NCBI RefSeq assembly: GCF_000148385.1
Contig: NC_014537.1
Span: 1,980,001 to 2,012,000 of the forward strand
Direction: 5' to 3'
DNA length: 32,000 bases
From: Vulcanisaeta distributa DSM 14429
GTDB taxonomy: Archaea > Thermoproteota > Thermoprotei > Thermoproteales > Thermocladiaceae
Within the stretch, counting starts at the first letter, position 1, and each line of letters opens with the position of its first letter. A program made the position numbers and the translations under genes. This document shows, one piece after another, positions 8,023-15,913 of this stretch. The notes beneath the pieces are model-generated. The model was not told where the DNA came from and ran no database searches. It saw only the letters and a list, made by a program, of their open reading frames with translations.

Positions 8023-8892
8023 ATGATTAATAGGCATGGTGAGGAAGAGGAGGAGACTGTAGGTTCGCTTGAGGAATTGCCCCTATCAGCGAGGTTGGTA
8101 TTGAATTACTTAGAGTTTGAGCACTTGATAAACAATAAGACCTACGTCACGTTTAAGGAGATAATAGATGGTACAGGGCTTGGAACTAGGACTGCCAGAA
8201 ACGCCATTAACTTACTGCGTAAGAGGGGTTTGATTGATGCGTACCTTGACGTGAAGGAGAGGAGGAGATACATGTATAGGCTTAACTTTAGGAATCTTAC
8301 GCAGGATAGGGTTGACGTAACGCCGGGGCTTTACGTAATTGATATTGGTCTTGGCACAATACCGAGTATGACATTTAGGATTTATAGGGTACTGAGGGCT
8401 ACGGCGGTTGCGTTTTACACGGACAGTGTACCAACGAGCTACCTAGAGTTCACTAAGTGTACCTGCGCGATGCAGAGGCTCGTTAATTACGAACCTCAGG
8501 GATTTGAGGAAATAGTGTATACAGTCACTAATCATGGGGGTTCCGTGGCGTTAGTCATGGACTCATTATTGGACTCGCAGATTGTAAAGCCGTATTTAGA
8601 TGCAATATATGAGTCTAATGAACGCGGCCACATAATGATATACAGGGTTGTTGGGGTTTCCCCAATCCAGGTGGCCCTTGAGTTACTATTGATGGGTAGA
8701 GAGGACAGAATTTCATATAAGAGGGAGGGCATTATAATTCGGGTTATAACGACTAAGGAAAGTATGCAATTGAAAGATTACATCAAGGCGTATGTCCTAA
8801 CGATGAGCGATGACGGCCTAATGCTTAGAGAGTATGGGCGAAGCAGTGATTTTAATGGGTTAAAGGCTTACATAGTGTATTCAAGAGCATAA
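8023..8892 (+). CDS. Winged-HTH protein fused to a degenerate tetrapyrrole-methylase-like (TP_methylase fold) domain; function unknown
   Basis: The N-terminus (about 1-90) is wHTH-like: SARLVLNYLEF...VTFKEIIDGTGLGTRTARNAINLLRKRGLI. The C-terminal part has the spacing of TP-methylase motifs with catalytic residues replaced. GLYVIDIGLGTIPSMTFRIYRVLRATAVAFYTD corresponds to GKLYLVGxGPGDPxLLTxxAxxxLxxADVVxYD. GGSVALVMDS corresponds to GGDP. RVVGVSPIQVAL corresponds to VPGVSS. Confidence 0.5.
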   Translation: MINRHGEEEEETVGSLEELPLSARLVLNYLEFEHLINNKTYVTFKEIIDGTGLGTRTARNAINLLRKRGLIDAYLDVKERRRYMYRLNFRNLTQDRVDVTPGLYVIDIGLGTIPSMTFRIYRVLRATAVAFYTDSVPTSYLEFTKCTCAMQRLVNYEPQGFEEIVYTVTNHGGSVALVMDSLLDSQIVKPYLDAIYESNERGHIMIYRVVGVSPIQVALELLLMGREDRISYKREGIIIRVITTKESMQLKDYIKAYVLTMSDDGLMLREYGRSSDFNGLKAYIVYSRA

Positions 8893-9525
8893 TCACTTAA
8901 TCTCCCTCTCACTCAATTGCCTACCTAAGTACTTAGCCGCCAGGAGCAGGAATCTTAACCCTCTTCTGGCATCAGCGTCTTTCAATAATTCACCTATGGT
9001 CTCGACCAGGGACCTACCGTCAGCGGCAACCCCCCTGGCTGCGTTTAGGGATGCTACATATGCGCAGCACCTAATGCGTGCCATGAACTCCAGCAATGTG
9101 TCTAGGTTTGTTAGTAGGTAGGTACTATTCTCGTTAATGACCGTATGAACTAATTCACTAAGCACCTCAGGATCACCAAGCAAGTCCTTCAGGGTATCTA
9201 GTAACCCAACACTACCCAGTGCACCTAGTAAATCAAGTGCCTTCTCAAGTCCTTCCCTCACCTGAGGCTCTGTAAGCTTTGCAATTATGGACATTGCCTT
9301 ATCATAGTCGTTAAGTAGCCTAATTAGGTTCGTGGTTAATAAGCTCCTGGTTAAATCCTCAATGACCTCATTATTCAACAAGTCATTTAATGAGTCAAGT
9401 ATGCCGAGTTCGTCTAACCTCCTTATCATCCTTAGAAATTTAATCAGTGGCTCTATATACTCAGGTGTTAGCACCTCAAGGAGCTTACTCTCAAGCTCTA
9501 GCTGTTTCTCGGCCACAGAAATCAC
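8893..9525 (-). CDS. DUF1641-family protein (accessory protein commonly found next to SQR/NDH-like flavoproteins)
   Basis: The C-terminus SLVETIGELLKDADARRGLRFLLLAAKYLGRQL matches my recollection of the DUF1641 core (GLLxxLxDPDVxRGLxFxLxxLKxLG). There are two internal related repeats: LDELGILDSLNDLLNNEVIEDL and LDLLGALGSVGLLDTLKDLLGDPEVLSEL. The start overlaps the upstream gene by 4 nt. Confidence 0.65.
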   Translation of the reverse strand: MISVAEKQLELESKLLEVLTPEYIEPLIKFLRMIRRLDELGILDSLNDLLNNEVIEDLTRSLLTTNLIRLLNDYDKAMSIIAKLTEPQVREGLEKALDLLGALGSVGLLDTLKDLLGDPEVLSELVHTVINENSTYLLTNLDTLLEFMARIRCCAYVASLNAARGVAADGRSLVETIGELLKDADARRGLRFLLLAAKYLGRQLSEREIK

Positions 9526-10715
9526 CTATATAGGTGGCGTAACTTCGCGGGTTCTGTGGCCTCGAAATAAGCCTCAAATATTGGGTCCCAAAGCTCTGGG
9601 TACAGTATCATGTCCCAGTAAGTAGCGGCGAAGGCAACCTTAAACAAATGATTAACCCTATTTATTGGGTATTTAATCGCTGGGTTATTAAAATCACTTA
9701 TCACGAACGTACCAAGGCCATAACCAACATCAAATGGGCAATTAGTGCGTCCTGTGTTGCGGGCATCCTCACCCTGAAGTATCCTGGCAACGACACCAGC
9801 CTGCAGGTGTGCGGTAACCCCTGTCTTAGCCACGGGTAACGCGGAGGCATCACCTATCACAAATGCATCATCAAATCCCTTAACCCTATTCGTAAACTTA
9901 TCGGCTTGTACAAACCTATCACTATCAAGTACGTCCTCAGGTACGTACTTAATGTCAACACCAACATGCGGTGGTATAACTATCGCGGCGTCGAACTTAA
10001 GCTCCTCACCCTCCATTGAATAGGCAACCCTCTTCTCAGGGTCTATGCGATCAAGCGTATAAAAGGTTATGTACTCAATACCCCTCTCCTTAAGCAACGG
10101 CTCTATCAACTCATTCATGGGCTCAGCAGGGTACGGCCTTGGGTAAAAGGTTGCAAAGACTATCCTCACCTTATCCCTCAAGCCCCTCTTCCTGAAGAAT
10201 TCCTCGGCAAGAAACGTACCCTCCAACGGACTTGGCGGGCATCTATAAGCGCCTGGGGCCAATATTATCGCCAACGTGCCCTCTCTCATACTATTTAGTG
10301 TCTGCCAAACCCTCCAGGCGTTCTCCTCATTGCTATGGTAATTACCAAACATCTCCGTGACCTTATCGAGGCCGGGGATCCTTGAGTAATCCACAGTGGC
10401 TCCGGTGGCGATCACGACGTAGTCATACTCAAGCCTTTTACCATTATCAAGCTCCACATACCTATCCTGAAGATTAACAGCCTTCACGCCAGACTGAATG
10501 AAGTTAACCCAGGGCTTAAGCACAGAACGTATCTCACGCTTAATGGGTCTCCTGGAGCCCCTGAAGGCAATGTAGAGTAACCAGGGCCAGAAGTGATTAT
10601 AGGGTTGCTTATCAATGATTGTAACCTCGAATTCATCCTTAGGAAGTCTATTGGCAAGCATTGCGCCGCCTGTACCACCACCAATAATAACAACCCTCCT
10701 TTTAACCGTGGACAT
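9522..10715 (-). CDS. sqr: Sulfide:quinone oxidoreductase-like FAD-dependent pyridine nucleotide-disulfide oxidoreductase (archaeal type-III-like SQR)
   Basis: FAD motif VVIIGGGTGGAMLANRL. There is no second GxGxxG (argues against NDH-2). Cysteines sit at SQR-typical places: GAYRCPPSPLEG (mid) and GRTNCPFDVGYG (C-terminal). FVIGDAS...KTGVTAHLQAGVVA is also present. Confidence 0.75.
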   Translation of the reverse strand: MSTVKRRVVIIGGGTGGAMLANRLPKDEFEVTIIDKQPYNHFWPWLLYIAFRGSRRPIKREIRSVLKPWVNFIQSGVKAVNLQDRYVELDNGKRLEYDYVVIATGATVDYSRIPGLDKVTEMFGNYHSNEENAWRVWQTLNSMREGTLAIILAPGAYRCPPSPLEGTFLAEEFFRKRGLRDKVRIVFATFYPRPYPAEPMNELIEPLLKERGIEYITFYTLDRIDPEKRVAYSMEGEELKFDAAIVIPPHVGVDIKYVPEDVLDSDRFVQADKFTNRVKGFDDAFVIGDASALPVAKTGVTAHLQAGVVARILQGEDARNTGRTNCPFDVGYGLGTFVISDFNNPAIKYPINRVNHLFKVAFAATYWDMILYPELWDPIFEAYFEATEPAKLRHLYR

Positions 10716-10730
10716 GCCAACCGCCTTAAA

Positions 10731-10982
10731 TCACTTCTTAGCGGTTACCTTAATCACGGCGACGATTTTATCGGACTCCTTCCTAAGCTCAAGGAGCTGG
10801 TTGCCGGTCCTCTGTATCCAAGCCTTTATGTCGGGCTCGAAACCTGGGTCTGTGGCCCAAACCTCGATTACATCACCATTCTTCACATTCCTATACGCCT
10901 TAACAACCTCAGTGATAGGTCCTGGGCAGGCGATGCCCCTTGCGTCCACTAAGATCTTATTGCCCTGACTCATGACCATCAC
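10731..10982 (-). CDS. tusA: TusA/SirA-family sulfur carrier protein
   Basis: 83 aa with the diagnostic DARGIACPGPITEV (D-x-R-G-x-x-CP-x-P) motif. Confidence 0.8.
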   Translation of the reverse strand: MMVMSQGNKILVDARGIACPGPITEVVKAYRNVKNGDVIEVWATDPGFEPDIKAWIQRTGNQLLELRKESDKIVAVIKVTAKK

Positions 10983-10983
10983 C

Positions 10984-11400
10984 TCATATGAAGAGTACCT
11001 GCCCTCCTTTAGCCATTTCCAGGAAGGTTGTTACACCAACTATATCATCTACAAGCGATGGGTCGAAGTCCTCCTTCTTAAGGCCTGCCGCTGAAGCCAT
11101 CATTGAGCATACATAGACCTTAGCACCCATCTTCTTAGCCTCTTTGAGCATATCAAGCCACGTTGGCGCCTTTATCCTAGCCATGCCCTCCTGAAGCCTA
11201 GGCACAAACGACTCAAACTCCTTAGGCCAGACAGGTGGTATTGGGTTCTTCAGTAACTTGAACATTGCCCATCCAGTGAAGAAGATATTCACCTCATAAC
11301 CAAGCGCCGCAGCCGCCTGTGAAATCACACCCACTGGTATTAACCTGTCATCAGTCCCTGAGAACACGATCATACTTATCTTATCCTTACCCGAACTCAT
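10984..11400 (-). CDS. DsrE/DsrF-family (DsrE2/E3-like) sulfur-transfer protein
   Basis: 138 aa. MIVFSGTDDRLIPVGVISQAAAALGYEVNIFFTGWA is the Rossmann-like DsrE N-terminus. A single conserved-position Cys lies in KVYVCSMMASAAGL. The stop is 1 nt from the tusA start. Confidence 0.7.
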   Translation of the reverse strand: MSSGKDKISMIVFSGTDDRLIPVGVISQAAAALGYEVNIFFTGWAMFKLLKNPIPPVWPKEFESFVPRLQEGMARIKAPTWLDMLKEAKKMGAKVYVCSMMASAAGLKKEDFDPSLVDDIVGVTTFLEMAKGGQVLFI

Positions 11401-11688
11401 ACAAGGATACGTGTATTCAAATGAATAAAAGCAATATAATTAAGTGCATAAAATACACCTGAAAAATAATCTTATAAAACCAAACAAAAGACTAGAAAAG
11501 AATACAAATAAAAACAAAATAATGCATAAAGTGGCATGAAGTCATAAATAAACACGTGATATTAACAAGCAATTCCCTCATTAACCTCGTCCTAATTGAA
11601 TAATTCTATCATACCTAAGGATCTTTCATATAAGAAAACAATTAACCTTGACATTTTTATTTAATGGAGATCAAAAATACATTGTTTA

Positions 11689-13101
11689 TCATTCATATGA
11701 TAGACCTGCATTGGCTAGTATTTCTGGGTGCTTCTTCCAGTAATATATTGCTAATATAATGCCCATCACTAGCCATGCAAAACTGAATAGCACAGCCACG
11801 TTGTATGGGTATGGCGGTAACGGGTACACACTATAGAAGAAGACTATGGCCCCCAGAATTGAGGCAACCGTAGGCACCAAACCATGCCTAAGCCACTCCC
11901 TCCTGAGTATCCCCTGTTTATATGAGTAAACAGTCAATGCAGAATTCGCGACTATGTGCACGGCTATTATCCCAAGCCCTGCAAAGGTTAATAACCAAAC
12001 ACCGGCGTTTGTTGGACCCATGATTAAGCCAGTAATGATATTGATTACTAAGATAATTGTTGCAAACCAGAGCAGGGCCTTGTATGGCGTCTTATGCCCA
12101 GGATGGACCTGGTCCATACCCAGCTTCTTGAACCAAAGCCCATCCCTAGCGGAGCTAAACCAGATCCTACTTACGGCATTGTACTTAGCCGTCATGTATG
12201 AGAAGTAACTATTTATCGTAAATGCGACCAGCAAAGCCCAACCCGCCAAGCCAAGGTACTTATAATAAACTATGAGGCCTGGGTCTGGCGATGATGCGTA
12301 CGTACTCATTTGATTAACGCCCCAACCAACCGTCAGCGCGTAGGCAGGTACAATGAGAGCTAACCCAGACAGGATCCATGCAGTTATAATTGCCCACCTA
12401 ATGACCCTCCTTGGGTCCTTAACCTCCTCGGAAACAGTCGTCGCGGTGCCAAGTCCCGTGAAATCTAAGATTGAATATATTGTACCAAAAAATATGGGTG
12501 CCCAGTTCCATTTAACTGGGGCCGGCGTCCAGACCGTCCAGGTATTTCTCGGGCCAAGTATTGCGATTATTATTAACGCACTTATGAATAGGAACATGGC
12601 CTCTGCAAACCCGGTGTACATAACGTACTCAAGAGACGGCCTTATACCTAGGTATGATAGTATGAAGCCAAAGGCCCATATTATTATGGCAAAGGCTATC
12701 CATAGGTACGGTATTTCTGAAATTGTGGGACTAATTAAGTATAGAAAACCAGCCAGACCAAGTATTCCAAAGGCAGGTCCAGTAATGTTCTCAAGCATCC
12801 AGTACCAAAGGGCCATAACACCGAGCGCACCATGAGCCCTAGCTGAGTATGCATAATAGCTACCGGCATTAACTATGTACTTGGAGAATTCATAGGGAAT
12901 AATAATCCATAATCCATATATTATCCAGGCAAGTAATACCGCCAGTGGTGTGGCACCTAGCGCAAATTGAGCCGTGCCTAGTAACAGTATTGCTACGTCA
13001 CCTGCTGGCGCTACGAATGAGAAAGATTGAAATACAGCATGCCAAAACGCTACGGCGCCCCTCTTTAATTGGGTTCTTCTAATTTCGCCGGTTGATGACA
13101 T
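11689..13101 (-). CDS. APC-superfamily amino acid / polyamine permease
   Basis: 470 aa with about 12 hydrophobic helices and an APC-like composition (G/A/I/L/W/Y rich). No soluble domains. Confidence 0.75.
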   Translation of the reverse strand: MSSTGEIRRTQLKRGAVAFWHAVFQSFSFVAPAGDVAILLLGTAQFALGATPLAVLLAWIIYGLWIIIPYEFSKYIVNAGSYYAYSARAHGALGVMALWYWMLENITGPAFGILGLAGFLYLISPTISEIPYLWIAFAIIIWAFGFILSYLGIRPSLEYVMYTGFAEAMFLFISALIIIAILGPRNTWTVWTPAPVKWNWAPIFFGTIYSILDFTGLGTATTVSEEVKDPRRVIRWAIITAWILSGLALIVPAYALTVGWGVNQMSTYASSPDPGLIVYYKYLGLAGWALLVAFTINSYFSYMTAKYNAVSRIWFSSARDGLWFKKLGMDQVHPGHKTPYKALLWFATIILVINIITGLIMGPTNAGVWLLTFAGLGIIAVHIVANSALTVYSYKQGILRREWLRHGLVPTVASILGAIVFFYSVYPLPPYPYNVAVLFSFAWLVMGIILAIYYWKKHPEILANAGLSYE

Positions 13102-13204
13102 TATAAATTTTATATATTAATTATTTTTAAATTTAATCTTCAGTTTATCTTCTTTAAATTAATTTTAAAGCAAAGTTTAAATATTGAATTAGGAAAAAAG
13201 ATTT
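13102..13204. promoter_or_regulatory. Divergent A/T-rich promoter region (permease / aminotransferase-egsA operon)
   Basis: 103 bp that is almost entirely A/T. gtttaaatatt (13175-13185) is centred about 25 nt upstream of ATG 13205. TATA-like runs are also available for the minus-strand permease. Confidence 0.45.
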
Positions 13205-14599
13205 ATGGCGATTGAGGAGGAGTTAGAGGGTTTGAGTTTTCCTGAGGCGCCTAAAATAGTTGTCAAGCCTCCTGGGCCTAAGTCGTTGGAGTTGTTGAAT
13301 GCTCAGCGTGAGCTTGAGACCAAGTCTTTGATTTACCCAAAGGCCTTTAGGTTCGCCATTGACGCCGCGAAGGGGGCCACTATTAGGGATGTTGATGGTA
13401 ATTACTACATTGATTGGGTGGCTGGTATTGCCGTGCTCAATGTTGGTCATAACAACCCGTATGTGAAGCAGGCGGTTATGGAGCAGCTTGATCGTTATTG
13501 GCATTGGATGAGCGAGATACCCAGTGAGGCTAGGATTAGGTTCCTTAGGAATCTGCACTCGATACTCCCTGGAGACCTTAAGGGTAAGGCTAAGGTAATG
13601 ACCACGGTGACCGGGGCTGATGCGTGTGAAGCCGCAGTTGCCCTTGCCAGGTGGGTCACTAAGAAGCCCATTATTATGGCATTTGAGGGCGCCTACCATG
13701 GTGTTCACCAGGGAATTGTAATGGCCACAGCTAAGACAGAGCTTCAGCAATATGCTGGTGTCCCGCTTGTTAATGTTGTTAGGGTCCCATACCCATACCC
13801 GTATAGGTGTCCGTTACCGGCTAAGGATGCTGAGGACTGCGGTAATGCCGTACTTAACTACATTGACCACCTCCTCAGCGACCCATACACTGGCATTGGT
13901 GAGGTTGGCGCGATAATTGTTGAGCCAATACAGGGCGAGGGCGGTTATATAGTACCACCGAGGAACTTCCTGAGAGGCCTTAGGGAGATCGCCGATAAAC
14001 ATGGGATATTGCTCATAGTTGATGAGGTCCAGACCGGCGTTGGTAGAACGGGTAAGTGGTGGGCAGTAGAACACTTTGGGGTCACACCGGACATAATGTG
14101 TATCTCCAAGGCTATTGGCGGCGGTATACCAACGTCCGTAGTAGCCTACAGGGCTGAGTATGATGAGAAATTGCCTGATGAGGCATTTCACTTCGGTACG
14201 TATAGGGCTAACCCACTGGCTTTGGCGGCGGGTGCCGCGGTGATTGAGTATATACAGTCGAGGAACTTACTCGATAGGACTTTACAACTCGGTGATTATG
14301 CCAGGAGGGCCTTTGAGGATGTTGCCGAGAGGTACTCAATAATTGGTGATGTTAGGGGCCTCGGCTTCATGATAGGTATTGAACTCGTTAGGAGTAAGGA
14401 TACTAAGGAGCCAGGGGCTAATTTGGCGTCTGAGGTTAGGAGGAGGATGTTTGAGAGGGGCGTCTTAATGCATACATGCGGTCATTTCGGCAATGTGATG
14501 AGGTTCATGGCACCGTTGGTACTAACGAGGAGGCACTTAGACGAGGGTATTAGGATATTTGAGGAGGTAGTTAGGGAGTTATCCCGTGAAGTCAGATGA
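13205..14599 (+). CDS. Class-III pyridoxal-phosphate aminotransferase (4-aminobutyrate / omega-amino acid aminotransferase-like)
   Basis: GNYYIDWVAGIAVLNVGHNNP, EPIQGEGGYIVPP, LIVDEVQTGVGRTGKWWA, and the PLP lysine in CISKAIGGGIP. Confidence 0.85.
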   Translation: MAIEEELEGLSFPEAPKIVVKPPGPKSLELLNAQRELETKSLIYPKAFRFAIDAAKGATIRDVDGNYYIDWVAGIAVLNVGHNNPYVKQAVMEQLDRYWHWMSEIPSEARIRFLRNLHSILPGDLKGKAKVMTTVTGADACEAAVALARWVTKKPIIMAFEGAYHGVHQGIVMATAKTELQQYAGVPLVNVVRVPYPYPYRCPLPAKDAEDCGNAVLNYIDHLLSDPYTGIGEVGAIIVEPIQGEGGYIVPPRNFLRGLREIADKHGILLIVDEVQTGVGRTGKWWAVEHFGVTPDIMCISKAIGGGIPTSVVAYRAEYDEKLPDEAFHFGTYRANPLALAAGAAVIEYIQSRNLLDRTLQLGDYARRAFEDVAERYSIIGDVRGLGFMIGIELVRSKDTKEPGANLASEVRRRMFERGVLMHTCGHFGNVMRFMAPLVLTRRHLDEGIRIFEEVVRELSREVR

Positions 14600-15642
14600 G
14601 GGTTATTAAATTCTCAATTAACATGGCCGTGGGACTCGGTTCATTAAATGAGGCGGTTCAAATACTTAATGAGTTGGACTTCCCAAGGAATTCCGTACTA
14701 GTTACGGGACCAAACACACTTAAAATAGCCGGTAATTACGTAGCTGATAAACTAATCAGTGCTGGTTACAACATTGACGTTAGGGTTGTTGAGGGTGGAG
14801 CTACGATTGAGAACGCAAATGCACTATTGGAGTATGTAAAGGGTGCCAAGGTTGGCGGTATTATTGGTGTTGGCGGTGGTTCAATAATTGACCTGGTGAA
14901 GTACGTTGGCGCTAACTTGGGCCTTAAGGTTGCTTCAATACCAACAACACTATCTAGCGATGCCATAGCCACGCCTTTCAGTGTGTTATGGAAAGGCGGT
15001 AAGTCACAAGCTATTAAGACCATGTCACCCAATGTAATAATTGGCGATTATTCAATACTAATGAATGAGCCTCACAGGTACGTGGCTGCCGGCTTCGGTG
15101 ACATGATTGCTAAGTATACGGCGCTCTATGATTGGTGGTTAGCCTATTGGCTTGGTGATGAGTCATACCTGGACTTCGCTGCTCAACTGGCAAATAGTGC
15201 AGTTGAATTATTGATTAGGAGGGTTAATAACATAGCTAAGCAGGATTATATTGGAATTGAGACTCTATTCTATGCCGAGGTTCTCGATGGATACCTAATG
15301 GAATTAGCAAACACCACTAGAGTTGCCGCTGGCAGTGAGCACCTTATAGCCTTTGCAATCGAGAATTTAACTGGTAAGGGATTACATGGTGAGCAGGTGG
15401 GTATTGGCACAATAATTGGTGCGTATTTGCAGGGTAAGGATTGGAGGTTAATTAGGGAGTTGCTCACCAGGGTTGGTGCACCAACAACTATTGATGAGCT
15501 TAACATAACCAAGGAGGATATGATTAAGGCCCTGCAGATAGCGCCGCAAATGAGGAATTGGTACACAATACTCGGCACGAGGGGTCTTACCGAGGGAAAG
15601 GCAGAGAGACTCCTTAGATACACAGGCATTATCAAGAAGTAA
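14596..15642 (+). CDS. egsA: sn-Glycerol-1-phosphate dehydrogenase (DHQS-like / iron-ADH superfamily)
   Basis: Block-by-block similarity to M. jannaschii EgsA as I recall it. GVGGGSIIDLVKY. IPTTLSSDAIATPFSVL (MJ: VPTTASNDGIASP). AAGFGDMIAKYTALYDWWLA (MJ: [20 protein letters not shown]). AAGSEHLIAFAIE. LHGEQVGIGTI. APTTIDELNI...RNWYTIL. The start overlaps the aminotransferase stop (cagATGAgg). Confidence 0.75.
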   Translation: MRVIKFSINMAVGLGSLNEAVQILNELDFPRNSVLVTGPNTLKIAGNYVADKLISAGYNIDVRVVEGGATIENANALLEYVKGAKVGGIIGVGGGSIIDLVKYVGANLGLKVASIPTTLSSDAIATPFSVLWKGGKSQAIKTMSPNVIIGDYSILMNEPHRYVAAGFGDMIAKYTALYDWWLAYWLGDESYLDFAAQLANSAVELLIRRVNNIAKQDYIGIETLFYAEVLDGYLMELANTTRVAAGSEHLIAFAIENLTGKGLHGEQVGIGTIIGAYLQGKDWRLIRELLTRVGAPTTIDELNITKEDMIKALQIAPQMRNWYTILGTRGLTEGKAERLLRYTGIIKK

Positions 15643-15913
15643 TGTGACGCGCGAAGCATTTTGAAATATATATATACGTGAAGTACACTTAAGATAACAT
15701 TGCCTTAACTCCTTACGTCTCATACTGCTTGGTCAAGACTCTATACCTTAATGATTATGCCCTCTAATATTCCTCGGCTTACTATCTAAGTTATCATTAA
15801 ACACTTAGCAGCATCAACGCATTTTAACTTATCATTAACAGGCTTGGACTATAACAAGCCTAAGATGTCAAAATAAAGTTCACGGGCCTTAAGCAATAAT
15901 ATAATGATTTTAA

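Noticed and set aside
10484-10968. ORFs 10484..10720 (-), 10593..10952 (+), 10615..10968 (+)
   Set aside because: These are alternative-frame or antisense ORFs overlapping the SQR-like and TusA genes, both of which carry diagnostic motifs. The products are low-complexity.
11954-12835. Plus-strand ORFs (84 aa and 160 aa) inside the APC permease gene
   Set aside because: They are antisense to a 470-aa uninterrupted transporter ORF and have no motifs. They are shadow ORFs.
13223-15723. Minus-strand ORFs 13223..13750, 13814..14191, 14766..15032, 15270..15659, 15448..15723
   Set aside because: All are antisense to the aminotransferase and egsA genes, which have strong family motifs. Their compositions are shadow-like.
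15788-15861. Direct repeat A(A/C)(G/T)TTATCATTAA (15791-15800 and 15829-15838) and hairpin AGGCTTG-8nt-CAAGCCT (15840-15861), considered as att sites or a C/D sRNA (AAUGAUAA on the minus strand)
   Set aside because: The repeat is only 10-12 nt of A/T-rich sequence, which is plausible by chance. No part of the tRNA-Cys gene is duplicated and no integrase is present. The box sequences deviate from RUGAUGA/CUGA and the spacing is wrong.
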